From contig CBDCTZ010000016.1 in the NCBI GenBank assembly GCA_965222375.1, forward strand, positions 384,001 through 448,000: a stretch of 64,000 nucleotides of DNA. The letters run 5' to 3'. Below, piece after piece: positions 38,583 through 48,027 of the stretch (position 1 is the first letter of the stretch; each line of letters starts with the position of its first letter). The notes below the pieces were generated by a model. The model worked only from the letters and a program-made list of their open reading frames with translations. It had not been told where the DNA came from and searched no databases. The position numbers and the translations under genes were made by a program. This DNA is from Polyangiaceae bacterium (GTDB lineage: Bacteria > Myxococcota_A > Polyangia > Polyangiales > Polyangiaceae).

Positions 38583-40058
38583 ATGAGGCGCGCCTTGGTG
38601 TTGACGTGCCTGTCCGCGGGGCTCGCCGCCTGCGGTGATGGTGAGAGCGCTGAGCCGACGCTCAGTCGCGCTGAACTGATGGATCCCGAGACCTGCGCGA
38701 CCTGTCACCCGCTGCATCATCAAGAATGGTCGGGCAGCATGCACGCCTATGCCGCGGAGGATCCGGTCTTCCTCGCCATGAACCAGCGAGGTCAGCGGGA
38801 AACCCAAGGAGCTCTTGGAGACTTCTGCGTGCAGTGTCACGCGCCGATGGCGGTGCGCGAGGGGCTGACGACGAATGGCTTGAACCTAGCGAGCTTGGAC
38901 AAGAAGTTTCAGGGCATCACATGCTACTTCTGCCACAACGTCAGCAGCGTCGAGGGCGGCCACAATGCGGATCTGTCGATCGCGAACGACGTGACCATGC
39001 GCGGCCCGGTGCGGGATCCCGTGGAGAGCCGTGCCCACGGTTCGAAGTACACGTCCCACTTCGATCGGCGCAGTAGAGATAGCGCCGACCTGTGTGGCAC
39101 TTGTCACGATATCATCGTGCCTTCACCGCCTGCGCCCGCGGAGGTGCATTTGGAGCGGACCTTTGCCGAGTGGAAAGAGGGGATCTTCAGCAAAGACGGC
39201 AGCCTCACCACCTGCAACGCCTGCCACATGATCCCCCAGCCCAACAGCGTGATTGCGGAAGCGCCCGGCGTGGTCACCCGCGCTGCGCGCCACACCCACG
39301 ACTTCGCCGGGGTCGACACGGCGCTGACGCCGTTTCCCCGCATGGCCGAGCAGCGCAAGCTGATCGAGCAGATGCTCGACGTGACCCTGCGCGCGGAGGT
39401 CTGCGTGGCAGAGCTACCGGGTAGCTTTGTGCTCCAGGTCCTGCTCGACAACGTGGGCGCGGGTCATCGCTTTCCCAGCGGCGCGACTCACGATCGCCGG
39501 GTGTGGGCGGAGGTTCGTGCCTTTGAGGGCACCACGGCGGTGTTCGAAAGCGGGGTGGTGGCGGACTCGGAGCCCGTCGCGAAATCCCCGGACCCAAATT
39601 TGATGTTGTTCCGCGAAGGCGCCTTCGACGCAAACGGCAAGGAAGTGCATCAGTTTTGGGAAGTCGCGAGCACCAACAACGATTGCTCGGGCAATAGGCC
39701 GGGCTGCACCATTTCGGGCCCGGTCACCTTGGACCAGACCAACCCGCAGTTCTTCGCGACCCACTCGATCCGGCGCTTTCCGAAACAGGGCGCCGCCCCT
39801 GGCACAACGGATCGAGTCACGTTGCGGGTGCGAATGCGCGCCGTAGGCCTGGAGGTCATGGACGATTTGATCGCGTCAGGAGATCTCGACCCCAAGTTCC
39901 GAGACGAGATCAAGACGCTGGACTTACTGCCCAATCGCCAGAAAACGTCCGTGACCTTGGAGTGGACGCCCGAGGCTGCGAAAGATCCGACCTTCGGCTT
40001 CGAAAAACAGCTGGACGACCTCGGCATCGCGCGTTGCGTGAGCAACGCGCGACAGTGA
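38583..40058 (+). CDS. Multiheme (five CxxCH) cytochrome c lipoprotein
   Basis: Lipobox LAAC; CATCH, CVQCH, CYFCH, CGTCH and CNACH; WSGSMHA and GHRFPSG motifs. Confidence 0.9.
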   Translation: MRRALVLTCLSAGLAACGDGESAEPTLSRAELMDPETCATCHPLHHQEWSGSMHAYAAEDPVFLAMNQRGQRETQGALGDFCVQCHAPMAVREGLTTNGLNLASLDKKFQGITCYFCHNVSSVEGGHNADLSIANDVTMRGPVRDPVESRAHGSKYTSHFDRRSRDSADLCGTCHDIIVPSPPAPAEVHLERTFAEWKEGIFSKDGSLTTCNACHMIPQPNSVIAEAPGVVTRAARHTHDFAGVDTALTPFPRMAEQRKLIEQMLDVTLRAEVCVAELPGSFVLQVLLDNVGAGHRFPSGATHDRRVWAEVRAFEGTTAVFESGVVADSEPVAKSPDPNLMLFREGAFDANGKEVHQFWEVASTNNDCSGNRPGCTISGPVTLDQTNPQFFATHSIRRFPKQGAAPGTTDRVTLRVRMRAVGLEVMDDLIASGDLDPKFRDEIKTLDLLPNRQKTSVTLEWTPEAAKDPTFGFEKQLDDLGIARCVSNARQ

Positions 40059-40132
40059 CGCGCTGGGCGCGACGCCCTAGCAACGGGCGTCCGCGAGCAG
40101 TCCGCCGGCGTGAGCCGCTGCAACAAGCGCTG

Positions 40133-41227
40133 TCAGAGGGGCGGCTTACGCCGACTCGCCGCGTTCGCGGCTTCGCGGACCAGGTCCGTGTCCCGGAGGC
40201 ACGCGTAGCAGTCGTCGCGCTCTTTTTCGCCGCAGCCGGTCTTGATGTTCAGCCGGATCACGGTGCCCACGGCGCGCCGATCGCCCGACTGTGCGACCTT
40301 GGGCAGAGCGGCCTTGGTCCCTTCGCAGTCGGGGGGGGCCTTGCCCGTGGCCTCTTTGAGATCGAGGGTCACTGTCAGCGCTAGGGTCGCCTTCTTGCGG
40401 ACTTCGGGAGTGTTCAGCAACTGTCGCGCCAGTTCTGAGGAATCCGTCTTGCCTCGAGTCTTGGTCCAGACTGCGTACAGATGGTCCGCGCCTGAAGTTC
40501 CCTTCATCTTGGCCAGGCTCTTGAGCATGTGGTTGGCGACTTCGGGATCCTTGGCGAAGGCGCGCACCTTGTTCTTCGTCTCCTTGTCGACGGAGAAGCT
40601 CTCGGCCAGCGCCATTTTCCGAACCATCTCGTCGATCTCTTTGCGCTTGGCGAAGGGGCGGGCCAAGTGGATCGCGACTGCCTCGTCGATGGTTCGTTCC
40701 TTCTCGGATTTGGCCTCGAGCTTCTTCAAGGCCGCTTTGTCTCCGCTGGCCGCGAGCTCGGCTTCAGTGAGCTTTGGTTTCTCGGGCTCTACCGGAGCAG
40801 CGCTTGCGGAGGGTGCCGCCGAGGCGACCGGTTTCACCTCATCGTCGCCGCCGAGCATCAGGAAACCGAACGTGGTCAGCAGCGCGCCCACCACTGCGCC
40901 GACGCCCGCTGCGATCATCATCGGGATGGGCGACTTGGCCGGCATGAGGCTGCTCAGGCTGTCCATCGCGGGGCGTGGCGCCGTCTGCACGTTGACGGCC
41001 GCCGGGACACCCGGCGCTCCTGGATAGCCCGGCGGAGCTCCTGCAGGTGGCGCTCCAGGTGGGGGCGCGCTGGGCGGAGGCGCACCGCCAGGTGGAGGTG
41101 CGCTGGGCGGGGGGGCACCTCCGGGGGGTGGGGCGCCAGGGGGCGGTGCACCGGGTGGAGGTGCGCTAGGAGGCGGGGCGCCGGGCGGGACGCCGGGGGG
41201 AGCAGGAGGTTGTCCGGGGGGTTGCAC
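40133..41227 (-). CDS. Pro-rich membrane-anchored hypothetical protein
   Basis: PPPG repeats, one transmembrane helix and a helical C-terminal domain ending GC...DCYACLR. Confidence 0.7.
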   Translation of the reverse strand: MQPPGQPPAPPGVPPGAPPPSAPPPGAPPPGAPPPGGAPPPSAPPPGGAPPPSAPPPGAPPAGAPPGYPGAPGVPAAVNVQTAPRPAMDSLSSLMPAKSPIPMMIAAGVGAVVGALLTTFGFLMLGGDDEVKPVASAAPSASAAPVEPEKPKLTEAELAASGDKAALKKLEAKSEKERTIDEAVAIHLARPFAKRKEIDEMVRKMALAESFSVDKETKNKVRAFAKDPEVANHMLKSLAKMKGTSGADHLYAVWTKTRGKTDSSELARQLLNTPEVRKKATLALTVTLDLKEATGKAPPDCEGTKAALPKVAQSGDRRAVGTVIRLNIKTGCGEKERDDCYACLRDTDLVREAANAASRRKPPL

Positions 41228-41313
41228 GAACGCATCCTGCCACAGAGATTCTGAACCTGTGAAGTATCGGGGTTTTTCGGGGCGGCGGGGCCCAGATGCG
41301 CTAGGGAACCAGG

Positions 41314-41904
41314 ATGACCGACAGCGCGGGGAAGAAGGAAAGCGACGCTCCCAAGGGCATCAGCCTCAACGATGTGGTGTTGGACGAGATCGCCATCGAC
41401 GACGCCTCCGTGAAGCGGGCCAGTCTGAGCAACGTGGATTTGACGAAGCTGTCCTTAGACGACGCGAACCTGAGTGGAGCTTCTCTGAGCAACGTGGACT
41501 TGAGCGAAGCGGCTCTGAATGACGTGGATGCGAGCCAGGTGTCGCTGAGCAACATCAAACTGGCGAAGGCGTCTCTGGACGACGCGGATGCTAGCGGTAT
41601 GAGCGTCAGCAATACGCGTTTCGATGCGGCGCTGATTCAGGACTGCACATTTGAGAAGGCCACGCTGAAGGACGTGAACTTGTCCGAGGTCGAGCTGGAG
41701 GACGCAAGCCTCAAGAGTGCCAATCTCAAGGACGTGGACGCGCGCTCAGTGGTCATCAGCGACGCTGATTTCAGTGGTGCAAAGCTCGATGGCGTAAATC
41801 TTTCCGGCGTGGAAATCACGGATGCAAACATCGAAGGGCTGACCATTGACGGCGAGCGTATTGACGATTTGCTCAAAGCCCGCAAACAATCGTCCCCGTC
41901 TTGA
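41314..41904 (+). CDS. Acidic pentapeptide repeat protein
   Basis: Continuous A(N/S/D)L(S/K)x pentapeptides (ANLSG ASLSN VDLSE...), Asp-rich. Confidence 0.9.
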   Translation: MTDSAGKKESDAPKGISLNDVVLDEIAIDDASVKRASLSNVDLTKLSLDDANLSGASLSNVDLSEAALNDVDASQVSLSNIKLAKASLDDADASGMSVSNTRFDAALIQDCTFEKATLKDVNLSEVELEDASLKSANLKDVDARSVVISDADFSGAKLDGVNLSGVEITDANIEGLTIDGERIDDLLKARKQSSPS

Positions 41905-43706
41905 GCCCTGAGCGCCTGGAGCACGCAGCTCGTATCGAGCTCGAGCCCGCGGATCCCTTCGAACTGATCCGGTGGCTCGCGCGTAGCCAGCCGGATCCGC
42001 GCAAAGCGGTTTCGGAACTGGTGCAGAACTCATTGGACGCCGGCGCCCGCAAGATCCGAATCGAGCGTTCGGGTAAAGGCAAGACCCTGACCCTCAGTAT
42101 TCGTGACAACGGCGAAGGCGTGCTGCCCAAAATGGAGCGCCGGGCGGCGCTTCGACATCTTGCTTCCCACATTGGCCACTCCCACAAATTGCAGCTCGAC
42201 CCCGGCGAGCGCGCTCGCCGCGTGGTTGCCGGGCAGTACGGCGTCGGCTTGCTCGGCTTCTGGGCCATTGGCGGCCAAATGGAGATCCTCTCCCGTGTGG
42301 GCGGCGGTCGAGTCGCCGTGCTGCGTATGATCGAGGACTCCCCCGAGGGCGAAGTGGGCACCTATCCCGCGCCGAAAGGTAGCCCGGGGACTTTCACGGA
42401 AGTCGTGATCAGTGGCGTGCACGAGTCGGCGCGCCGGGTGCTGAGCGGGCGACGTCTTTCGGCGTACTTGGCCATCGAACTACGCGGCCAGCTCCTACGC
42501 AGCGGCTGTACTCTGAACATCCACGACCGCTTGGCCCGAGGCGAAAACCGCGACATCGTCGTGGTTCCGCATCGCTACACCGGCGAGCCGCTGGAACTGC
42601 CCAAGAAGGTGAAAGTGCGCGGGCACCGGCCCTTCACGGCCGAGTTGTACGTGGCCCGGGGCATGGATGGCGCCGCCATCGAGTTATCTTGCGCCGGAAC
42701 GCGGGTCGCTGAGGACATTTCAGACATCGACGCATTCGGCCTGACCGGCTCGCCCTGGAGAGGCGCGGATCTAACCGGCATCATCGACTTTCCGGACTTC
42801 ACGGTTCCCCCGGGGACCCGCCGTGGCGTGCTGCCGAACAAGGCGGCATTGGCGTTCTTGGAAGCGCTGGGTGGTTTGACGCCAACGATCTTGTCTGAAC
42901 TCGAACGCTTGGACACGCTGCACCGCGCCGAGCTCGACCACCGCATCGTTCAGGACCTGCGCCGAGCGTTGCGCGGTTTCGACGATCGCGTGCGGGACCT
43001 GAGTCTTCCTAGTGTCGCTGCCGCCGATGGCGATCCCGCCGTCGGTGAGGCGGGTCCCGGAGTCCCGGTTGACGGCGCTGCCGCCAAGAGCAATGGGGCT
43101 GCGGCGCAGGTGCCCGAGGGCCCGGTGGGTCCGCTGGCGTCGGTCTCTGTCGTGCCTGCTTTTATCCGGGTTTCTCCCGGAACCGAGCGCAAGGTGCGGG
43201 CCGTTGCCAAAGACGCCGAGGGCCGGCGGGTCAAGAACGCCGAAATCGAGTGGCGCTTTCCCGACGGTCGCAGCGCCAAGATCTATCTTGAAGCAGGTTC
43301 GAGGGGAGGCGCGATCCTGCGCACCCGCGAGGGCGCTCGGATCGGACGCAAATTGCCGCTGATGGCAGTGGCCAGTCTGGACGACGAAACCGTCGCTGAC
43401 ATCGCGGCGATCGAGGTCGTCGAGGAAAAGCACGAGGTTTATGCACGCCTCGGCATTCCCGAGCCCGTGCTGGTCAGCGCCCCCGGCGCGGTCTGGCGCA
43501 GCCGCCGTCACGGCTTCTCCTGGGAAATCAACGACGCCCACCCCGACTACCAACGCGTCGCGGATAACTCCCGTCGCCGCCTGCGCTACCTGATCGCTCT
43601 GCTCGCCAAAGAGATCGTGATCACGAGCACTCGCCGGACCGACGCCGAGGACGTCCTTGAAGCCATGGTGCAAGTCATCGCCCACGCCGAAGGCAACTTG
43701 CGCTAG
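41901..43706 (+). CDS. GHKL (MORC/MutL/Hsp90-like) ATPase with Ig-like insertion
   Basis: Bergerat motifs ELVQNSLDAG, IRDNGEG, GQYGVG and GTFTEV. Big_2-like segment and C-terminal WEINDAHPDY. TTGA overlap with the upstream stop. Confidence 0.85.
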   Translation: MSPERLEHAARIELEPADPFELIRWLARSQPDPRKAVSELVQNSLDAGARKIRIERSGKGKTLTLSIRDNGEGVLPKMERRAALRHLASHIGHSHKLQLDPGERARRVVAGQYGVGLLGFWAIGGQMEILSRVGGGRVAVLRMIEDSPEGEVGTYPAPKGSPGTFTEVVISGVHESARRVLSGRRLSAYLAIELRGQLLRSGCTLNIHDRLARGENRDIVVVPHRYTGEPLELPKKVKVRGHRPFTAELYVARGMDGAAIELSCAGTRVAEDISDIDAFGLTGSPWRGADLTGIIDFPDFTVPPGTRRGVLPNKAALAFLEALGGLTPTILSELERLDTLHRAELDHRIVQDLRRALRGFDDRVRDLSLPSVAAADGDPAVGEAGPGVPVDGAAAKSNGAAAQVPEGPVGPLASVSVVPAFIRVSPGTERKVRAVAKDAEGRRVKNAEIEWRFPDGRSAKIYLEAGSRGGAILRTREGARIGRKLPLMAVASLDDETVADIAAIEVVEEKHEVYARLGIPEPVLVSAPGAVWRSRRHGFSWEINDAHPDYQRVADNSRRRLRYLIALLAKEIVITSTRRTDAEDVLEAMVQVIAHAEGNLR

Positions 43707-43868
43707 CGCTGCTGAGCCGTCTTGCGCGAACGTACTTCCATGCCCGCGTTGCGACGGACGCGTCGATTGGTTTGGGGTCGACGCGCTTGTGACGCGCTTC
43801 GCGATGCCCGAAGGGGCAACACCCGACGGGGTGAGCACTGGGGCGGCGCGGGGTCACTAGTCTCGCGC

Positions 43869-43891
43869 GGCCCATCGCGGTGCGATGGGCC
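43869..43891. terminator. Hairpin between convergent genes
   Basis: Perfect 10-bp stem GGCCCATCGC-GGT-GCGATGGGCC with no U-tract. Confidence 0.45.
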
Positions 43892-43920
43892 ATCGAGAGC
43901 GCGCGTAGACCGCGGATTGC

Positions 43921-45009
43921 TCAATTCGCCGGGCAGGTCTGGCCTGAAGGTCTGAGGCACTTGCCGTTCACACAGCTAAGGGCGAACTCGCAATCGGGAC
44001 CCTTGTCGGGGTCACAACTCTGTCCCTCGGATGCGACCTTCACACAGGTTCCGGTCGTTGACCCGAGCGGCTTGATGCAGGTAGCGCCGCCAGAGCACAG
44101 GTGGCTGCAAGGCTCACCGGGGCCGAAGACCCACTTGACGCACTTCTTCGTGGTCGCGTCGCAGCCCGACACGTGGTCGCAGGTGCCCGTTTCGAACGGC
44201 ACGCAGGGATCGCCCGGCTTTCCGAGGGAGGGCTTGGCACACTTGCCTGATTTGCATGACAGCGGAGCTGTGCAGTCGTCGACGGACTTGCAGGCTCCTC
44301 CTTCGCCGGCTGGTACAACGCACGTCTTACTCGATCCGCACGTGGTGCCGGATTCGCATTCTCTCGACGTGCAGGGCTCACCGAGCTTCTTGATGGGCGA
44401 ACATGCCTGTCCACAGACAAGCCCCGAGGCGCAGTCGTTGTCGGAGGAACACTTCCCACCAATGCCTTCCTGCACCTTGCATTGACCACAAAGTGCCCCG
44501 GTCGGGGTTTCGCAACGGCCGCTGCTGCACTGATCATCACCGAAACAGCTCTTGCCGTCTGCCAGCGTTCCCGGGCCCCCGCAAGCGGGGTCATTGGCAA
44601 ACATGCTGTTCAGCGAGGAACCGAAGGCATCCAGGCAACTCGCCTGGCTAGGGAACTCACCAACGGCGGCAGCGAAAGCCGGCTTGGTGCTGGCGCCCGG
44701 CGCTTTGAGGCTCAAAGGGCGACGACTCAAGGTTGGACGCTCAGTTGCTGGACCGGTTGCAGTGTGCCGGTGAGCAGGCTCGGGGGATCCAGACTGCTTG
44801 GCGGTCAACGCGCAGGTGTGATTGTCACCAGCAGCAATTCCGACGACCGGGGGTGCATTCCCGCCGCTTCCCCGGCCCCGGCGCTTCCCGCTGCGCCCGC
44901 GCTTCCCGCTGCGCCGCCGGTGTTCGCCGTTGACGAATTCGAATCGCCGCCGCAACCGCTGCTCGCGAGCAGTGCAAGCAGCGGGACTGTACATAGGCAC
45001 TTTTTTCAT
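43921..45009 (-). pseudogene. Frameshifted, chimeric Cys-rich lipoprotein gene
   Basis: The signal peptide, lipobox and Gly linker are encoded in a shifted frame between an A6 run (45001-45006) and a G4 run near 44870. One RCC1-like fragment (GIAAGDNHTCAL) precedes an intact Cys-rich C-terminal region. Confidence 0.6.
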
Positions 45010-45043
45010 GACCATTTCTCCAAGTGACCAAGTTTCGTCGTGG

Positions 45044-46090
45044 TCACACGTCCCCGCAGTGCGCGACGCACAGGCTATTCTCGCAGGCGCCCGAGGAGCA
45101 CTCCTTCGCGGAGTTGCACGCTGCGCCGACCTGCTTGTCGGCCATGCACTTCTGTTGGCTGCAGTAGCCATTACTGTCGCAGTCGTCGTTGCTGTCGCAC
45201 GCGCCCCCGATGGCCACGTCGTCCTGCGCGCACTTGGCGTTCACGCAAGTCAGGCCATACCGGCACTCGTTGTCCTTTGCGCAGGATTCGCCAAGTTTCC
45301 CGAGCGGTGGTGAACCTGCGGCGCAAACGTTCTTACAGCTGTTGAAGTCGACCGTGCAGCGTGCTCCTACCGCACAGTCACCCACCTCATAACTCCTGTC
45401 CTCCGTGCCGCTGCTATTGTCCCCCAAAGGCGTGGTTGGACCGCAAGCTTGTCCAATGCCGGGTGACGCAACGCAGCTGCCGAGGCTGGTGTGGGTGTAG
45501 CCCTTGCAGCTCAGACCCGTCTTGCACTCTAGGGATTCGGCGCACGGCATTCCGCCGCTCTGCAACGGAATGAGGAACGTCGTGGCGAACGGGTCACAAC
45601 CCACGGGGTAGTCCGGTATCGTTTGCGGTGTTGTGCCCACAAGCAAGGGCTCCCAGCTGGCGCGGCAGCTGGCGAGCTTTGTGCCATCGATGGCGAGCCT
45701 CCCGCCATTGAGCCTGTGCTGGACGTTCTGCTCCGTCGAGTCGCGGAACTGGGTCAAGAACGAGATCAAGAACCCGGTGACAAGACTCTGCTTTTCAGCC
45801 GGGCTGCAAGAGCTCTCCAGGACGGACAGGACTCCGCCCCAAAGTAGAAAAGCGTAGTCCTTCACGGGTTGAGAAGGCGTGACCGTTGGTAGCTGAGGAT
45901 CTGCTGGCTCGACGCAGATCAAGCCCGAGCCCCCCGTTCCGCCGGTGCCTCCGAGTGCGCCGCCGCTTCCCCCCGTCGCGCCTCCGGTGCCGCCACTGCC
46001 TCCCGGTGTGCCGCCACTACCCCCGGGGCTGTGCGAATCGTCGTAGCTGCGGTTTGTGCAGCATGCCCAAGCACCTGCACTGACGATCAC
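45044..46090 (-). CDS. Cys-rich secreted or lipoprotein-like protein
   Basis: Gly-rich linker and repeated G..C....EC..GL.C motifs. Start uncertain. Confidence 0.7.
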   Translation of the reverse strand: MIVSAGAWACCTNRSYDDSHSPGGSGGTPGGSGGTGGATGGSGGALGGTGGTGGSGLICVEPADPQLPTVTPSQPVKDYAFLLWGGVLSVLESSCSPAEKQSLVTGFLISFLTQFRDSTEQNVQHRLNGGRLAIDGTKLASCRASWEPLLVGTTPQTIPDYPVGCDPFATTFLIPLQSGGMPCAESLECKTGLSCKGYTHTSLGSCVASPGIGQACGPTTPLGDNSSGTEDRSYEVGDCAVGARCTVDFNSCKNVCAAGSPPLGKLGESCAKDNECRYGLTCVNAKCAQDDVAIGGACDSNDDCDSNGYCSQQKCMADKQVGAACNSAKECSSGACENSLCVAHCGDV

Positions 46091-46282
46091 AGCGTCCTCG
46101 CTTCGCCGTTGGTCTGCCGCACCATGCCGGATCTTTTTTCACGCGCACGCACTGCGCTCGCCAACGCTGATCCGGGGGTCAGCTCACCGCCAAGGCCGCG
46201 ATTGGACGCGACCGGGTTCGCCGGTGTCGAGATGTGCTCAGGAAAGCTCAAACGACCCTCGCGCGTGTTAGCTTGGCGCTCG

Positions 46283-46939
46283 ATGTGCAGAGCCGTGCTT
46301 CGAGTCGCCGTATTCGCGGCTGCGGTGCTAATCGCCGCCTGCAGACCCTCGCCGCCCGAAACGTCAGCGCCGCCCGCTGCCGCGCCCACGGTGGAGGTGG
46401 CACCAAGTACATCGGCGGACATGGCCGGCGCGCCGGCTCCGGAGCGCTCAACCACGGAGCGTTGCCCACGGGTTCCGATGTCGCTGGTGATCGAGGACAA
46501 GGATGGCTGGCGAATCAGCATGATGTCGCTTGCGGAAAACGGCGACCTACACATCGAAGGCGCAGCAGGCGTCAGTGCCACGCTGGACGCTTCAGGCTGC
46601 TTGGTGCGCAAGGGAAAGCTTTGGGCGGAAATAACGTCATCGAGCAAGATTTGGACGATTCACACGCTGATCGATGCAGAGGGTGACGGGGTCCAAGGCG
46701 CTGGCGCCAAGCTGGTGATCCGCCAAGATGGAATCATTGAGGCAGTGCGTCCGGATGGAAGTATCGAGGGTGCGAAGGGGCTTCGTCTAGAGGGCTATCG
46801 AGAAGAGGGCCAGTGCGCCGGCAAGCTCATGTTGGCGGTGATGCTCGCCATGACCCCCAGCATGGCCGTCGTCGATGGCGTCGCCAAGCGTGCGCCGATC
46901 CCCGCCGACAGCGTGTGCGGGGCGTACGAGCGCAACTGA
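46283..46939 (+). CDS. Hypothetical lipoprotein
   Basis: Lipobox IAAC after a hydrophobic stretch, Pro/Ala linker and beta-rich domain. Confidence 0.65.
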   Translation: MCRAVLRVAVFAAAVLIAACRPSPPETSAPPAAAPTVEVAPSTSADMAGAPAPERSTTERCPRVPMSLVIEDKDGWRISMMSLAENGDLHIEGAAGVSATLDASGCLVRKGKLWAEITSSSKIWTIHTLIDAEGDGVQGAGAKLVIRQDGIIEAVRPDGSIEGAKGLRLEGYREEGQCAGKLMLAVMLAMTPSMAVVDGVAKRAPIPADSVCGAYERN

Positions 46940-47103
46940 GCGAGCTCTCGGTCACGCTGCCGGTGCTCGATTCGAACATAGACCGCGCCGACACCCTGTC
47001 GGACTGGTTGACGCCCGGTCACTGTTCGACAACACGCCATCGCGTGGGATGTGACGATCACCACCCGGTTCCACGCAGGGCATTGAGTGCTAGACTGAGC
47101 GAC

Positions 47104-47436
47104 GTGGCACACGTTGATGCGCATCGAATCGGAGAAGAGCGTAGCCTCGAGCTCCACCGCATCATCGCTAAGCGCTTGGGGGACGAACCGCAGCTAGTTG
47201 CTGATGCCGTGGCACGCCTCGCGCGCTGGCGCGAGGCCCAAGTCCTGTCCGGCTACTATGCGGAGGCGTGGCTCGCGCTGCTCCAGGGTCCGCGCGACAA
47301 ACTGCGCGCGGCAATGACCGACGACGGACCTCGTGGCCGGGAGCTGCGACAAACCACGCCTTTTGCCGGCGTGGTGGACCCCCGAACCCGCTGGCGCGTG
47401 TGGCGTGAGGTACGCGAAGCGCTCGAGGCCCAATGA
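47104..47436 (+). CDS. Small helical protein, putative antitoxin or partner of the downstream nucleotidyltransferase
   Basis: RSLELHR..A and ELRQTTPFAG motifs. TAGACT lies 7 nt before the GTG start. ATGA overlap with the next gene. Confidence 0.65.
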   Translation: MAHVDAHRIGEERSLELHRIIAKRLGDEPQLVADAVARLARWREAQVLSGYYAEAWLALLQGPRDKLRAAMTDDGPRGRELRQTTPFAGVVDPRTRWRVWREVREALEAQ

Positions 47437-47975
47437 GGCGCAAGGACTTGGAGCACATCATTCGCGCCTGCGCGAATATCGCAGCGGACGACGAAATCAT
47501 CGTGATAGGCAGCCAATCGGTCTTGGGCACGCTCGCTGATGCACCAGAAGAACTGACCGTTTCCAACGAAGCTGACGTCTACCCGAAGAACCACCCGGAG
47601 CGCTGGGACGTCATTGATGGCGCAATAGGCGAAGGGTCACCCTTCCACGATACCTTCGGGTACTACGCTCAGGGCGTGCAAGAAGGCACCGCGACGCTGC
47701 CTGACGGTTGGAAGGACCGCCTGGTTGCCGTGAGCAACGCCAACACTCGAGGAGCTACCGGCCTGTGCCTCGAGCTTCACGATCTCTGCGTGTCGAAGTA
47801 CGTGGCGGGACGCGAGAAAGACCGACGCTTCGTGCGAGCAGCGCATCGCCACGAGCTGGTGACCAAGGGGATTCTTCTGGAGCGACTCTCGATCACTGAG
47901 GTAGAGGAAGAACACCGGGACCGAATTCGCGCGCTGATCGAACTGGACGTTTCTGAGTCCCGCGCGGGCTCCTGA
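47433..47975 (+). CDS. DUF6036-like nucleotidyltransferase-fold protein
   Basis: IVIGSQS (GS motif), SNEADV (ExD), IGEGSPFHDTFGYY, LPDGWKDRL and SKYVAGREKD motifs. Confidence 0.75.
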   Translation: MRRKDLEHIIRACANIAADDEIIVIGSQSVLGTLADAPEELTVSNEADVYPKNHPERWDVIDGAIGEGSPFHDTFGYYAQGVQEGTATLPDGWKDRLVAVSNANTRGATGLCLELHDLCVSKYVAGREKDRRFVRAAHRHELVTKGILLERLSITEVEEEHRDRIRALIELDVSESRAGS

Positions 47976-48027
47976 GGCATCCGAATCCTTCGGTTCCTCG
48001 CCATTCCCGATGTCGTGCGTGGCCCGA

